From Candidatus Krumholzibacteriia bacterium (GTDB lineage: Bacteria > Krumholzibacteriota > Krumholzibacteriia > JAJRXK01): 64,000 bases of DNA. The stretch is from positions 32,001 through 96,000 of the forward strand of contig JBGPIA010000002.1 in assembly GCA_041484665.1 (NCBI GenBank), in the 5' to 3' direction. A program made the translations under genes and the position numbers. Positions 62,171 through 64,000 of the stretch are shown here, piece by piece (positions within the stretch are counted from its first letter, which is position 1; each line of letters begins with the position of its first letter). The notes below the pieces were generated by a model that saw only the letters and a program-made list of their open reading frames with translations, made no database searches and was not told the DNA's origin.

Positions 62171-62181
62171 AGAGGAACGCC

Positions 62182-62922
62182 ATGGCCATCGCCGGTGTCG
62201 GTGCCAGTAGCAGCCCGAGCGCGTCAACCAGCGCGGATTCCGGGCCCAGCGCCGCGAGCAGCGCCGGGCAGCTGCAGTCCACGTTCCTGCAGCTGCTGCT
62301 CAAGCAGATGCAGAACCAGGACCCCTTCTCGCCGATGGACAACACCCAATTCGTCCAGCAGCTGGCTACCTTCGCCAACCTCGAGCAGCTGCAGGGCCTC
62401 AACGACCGGATGCAGCAGAGCCTCGGGCTGGCCGACACGCTCGGGCAGCTGACGGGCACCATGAACGACAACATGGCCCAGACGCTCAACGCCGCGATGA
62501 TGAACCTCGTGGGCAAGCGCGTGGCCGTGCCGGGCAACGCGATGCAGGTGTCGGTCGATCCAAAGACCCAGGAGCCGGTCGTGGGGCGGGTCCTCGTGCG
62601 CAGCCCCAGCCCAGGCACGGTGACGGCCGTGGTTCGCGACGATCAAGGGAAGATCGTCAAGGACCTGGGCGAGATCACACTGACGGCAGGTTTCACCCCG
62701 ATCCGCTGGGACGGTCGCGACAAGGACAACGTCGCGGTCCCACCGGGCCGCTACACCGTGCAGGTCACCGACTCCCAGCAAAAGGACATGGGGAGCGCGC
62801 TGTTCAGCTCGGGCATCGTGGAGGCCGTGCAGTTCGATACCGGGTTCACCCGGCTGGTGGTGGGCGGCAAGACGTTTCTGCCCAACCAGGTGGTGGAGGT
62901 GGGATTGCCCGACGGCGCGTGA
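62182..62922 (+). CDS. flgD: Hook capping protein FlgD
   Basis: FLQLLLKQMQNQDPFSPMDN, WDGRDKDN..PPGRY. Confidence 0.95.
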   Translation: MAIAGVGASSSPSASTSADSGPSAASSAGQLQSTFLQLLLKQMQNQDPFSPMDNTQFVQQLATFANLEQLQGLNDRMQQSLGLADTLGQLTGTMNDNMAQTLNAAMMNLVGKRVAVPGNAMQVSVDPKTQEPVVGRVLVRSPSPGTVTAVVRDDQGKIVKDLGEITLTAGFTPIRWDGRDKDNVAVPPGRYTVQVTDSQQKDMGSALFSSGIVEAVQFDTGFTRLVVGGKTFLPNQVVEVGLPDGA

Positions 62923-63076
62923 GCGCCGCCGATCCCGCCCGGGCGGTTTGCATGCGGAGTGCGCCCCCCGCCCGCAGCCGCGCCAGGAACGGAACGTCGT
63001 TGCGAGCGCGGCGTCTTGGCGCCGCGCGCAGAGCAAGACCGTGAGAGCCTAACTCGAGACAGGAGCCGGAACGCCT

Positions 63077-64000
63077 ATGCTTCGATCCCTCTTCGCGGCC
63101 GTGAGCGGCCTCAGCACGAACATCGTCGAGCTGGACGTGGTGGGGAACAACATCAGCAACGTCAATACCGTGGGCTTCAAGCAAGCCCGCGTGACGTTCC
63201 AGGAGATCCTCACCCAGAACCTCAAGCCCGCCACGCGCCCCGTGTCGGGCGGGCTGGGCGGCACCAACCCGCAGCAGATCGGCCTGGGCACGGTGGTCGC
63301 CAGCATCGACAGCCAGTTCTCCCAAGGCAACCTGCGGACCACCGGCGGGAAGACCGACCTCGCCATCCAGGGCGACGGCTTCTTCATCCTCAGCGATGGG
63401 CGCAGCCAGAGCTACACACGCGCCGGCAACTTCACCTTCGACGCGAACAACTTCCTGGTGGACGCCAGCACCGGCAAGCGCGTGCAGGGATTGTTGGCCG
63501 ACGTGAACGGGACGTTCCTCAGCGGCGCCAACGGCGACCTCCAGATCGACCCCAGCACGGTCGTGCCGGCCAAGGCCAGCAGCGAGGTGAAGGTCTTCGG
63601 CAACCTCAGCAGCAAGAGTGACGCCGTGGGCACCCACCTCGTGAGCAAGGGCGCCTTCCTGGCGATCGCCCAAGGCGGGAGCTCGTTGCTGACGCTTCAC
63701 GGCAGCGTCGCAGGGAACGACCTCAACATCGGCAACGGCAACAAGGTCTCCCTCACGGGCCTGGTCAACGGAATCCCCATCACCAGCCAGACCTTCGAGG
63801 TGGGCGTCAACGGGACCACCGTCACCGACCTGGTGGGGTTCATGCAGAACGGGCTGGTCGCCTCCGGAGCGGCCGGCGTCACCGCCACGCTGCAGCCCGA
63901 CGGAACGATCAGTATCAACAACGGCGGCGCCACCAGCCTGCAGAACCTCAAGCTGGAGATCGGCGGCGCGGTCGACTTCAACCAGACCATGCTGTTCAAC
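63077..64000 (+). CDS. flgE: Hook protein FlgE (3' end beyond window edge)
   Basis: Manual translation: MLRSLFAAVSGL..VVGNNISNVNTVGFK..TNPQQIGLG..DLAIQGDGFF..YTRAGNF. Open to the window end. Confidence 0.95.
   Translation, partial: MLRSLFAAVSGLSTNIVELDVVGNNISNVNTVGFKQARVTFQEILTQNLKPATRPVSGGLGGTNPQQIGLGTVVASIDSQFSQGNLRTTGGKTDLAIQGDGFFILSDGRSQSYTRAGNFTFDANNFLVDASTGKRVQGLLADVNGTFLSGANGDLQIDPSTVVPAKASSEVKVFGNLSSKSDAVGTHLVSKGAFLAIAQGGSSLLTLHGSVAGNDLNIGNGNKVSLTGLVNGIPITSQTFEVGVNGTTVTDLVGFMQNGLVASGAAGVTATLQPDGTISINNGGATSLQNLKLEIGGAVDFNQTMLFN

Noticed and set aside
62985..63005. sigma54-like GGAAC..TTGC upstream of flgE
   Set aside because: GG-to-GC spacing is 9 rather than the strict 10.
1..64000. 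Many long alternative-frame and antisense ORFs in the track (e.g. 3304-4848 -, 20603-22507 -, 54649-57057 -, 13845-15797 +)
   Set aside because: Shadow ORFs expected at this GC content. They are Arg/Ala/Pro-rich, lack motifs and overlap well-supported genes.

Overview
Very GC-rich bacterial chromosome segment from a diderm organism (it has flagellar L- and P-rings). The Bacteroidota-type GlmU-like protein and a bS22-like small ribosomal protein suggest the FCB superphylum, which is inference. Left half (1-29 kb): an Fe3+/thiamine-type ABC transporter, an orphan OppA-like lipoprotein, a metzincin-like lipoprotein, a basic coiled-coil/winged-helix protein resembling a nucleoid-associated protein, an AlkP-family phosphodiesterase, class I FBPase, and a 4-gene envelope operon (two SMR/ArnEF-like proteins plus two exported CE4-like paralogs). 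These are followed by divergent tRNA-Leu(CAA) and tRNA-Ala(GGC), GlmU-like and AcsE-like genes, a candidate structured sRNA, and a 6-gene bacterial microcompartment (BMC) operon with an aldehyde dehydrogenase but no signature enzyme. HU/IHF, bS22, RNase R, PilZ and a hybrid kinase close the half. Right half (29-64 kb): a large flagellar cluster (flgFGAHIJNKL-fliW-csrA, fliC-flaG-fliDST, GNAT + GT2-TPR, flgM, two sigma54 two-component systems, flgBC-fliEFGHIJ, motE-like-fliK-flgD-flgE) with readable sigma54 and sigma28 promoters. No mobile element or CRISPR array was seen. All calls come from reading motifs by eye; no searches were run, and many start codons are best guesses.
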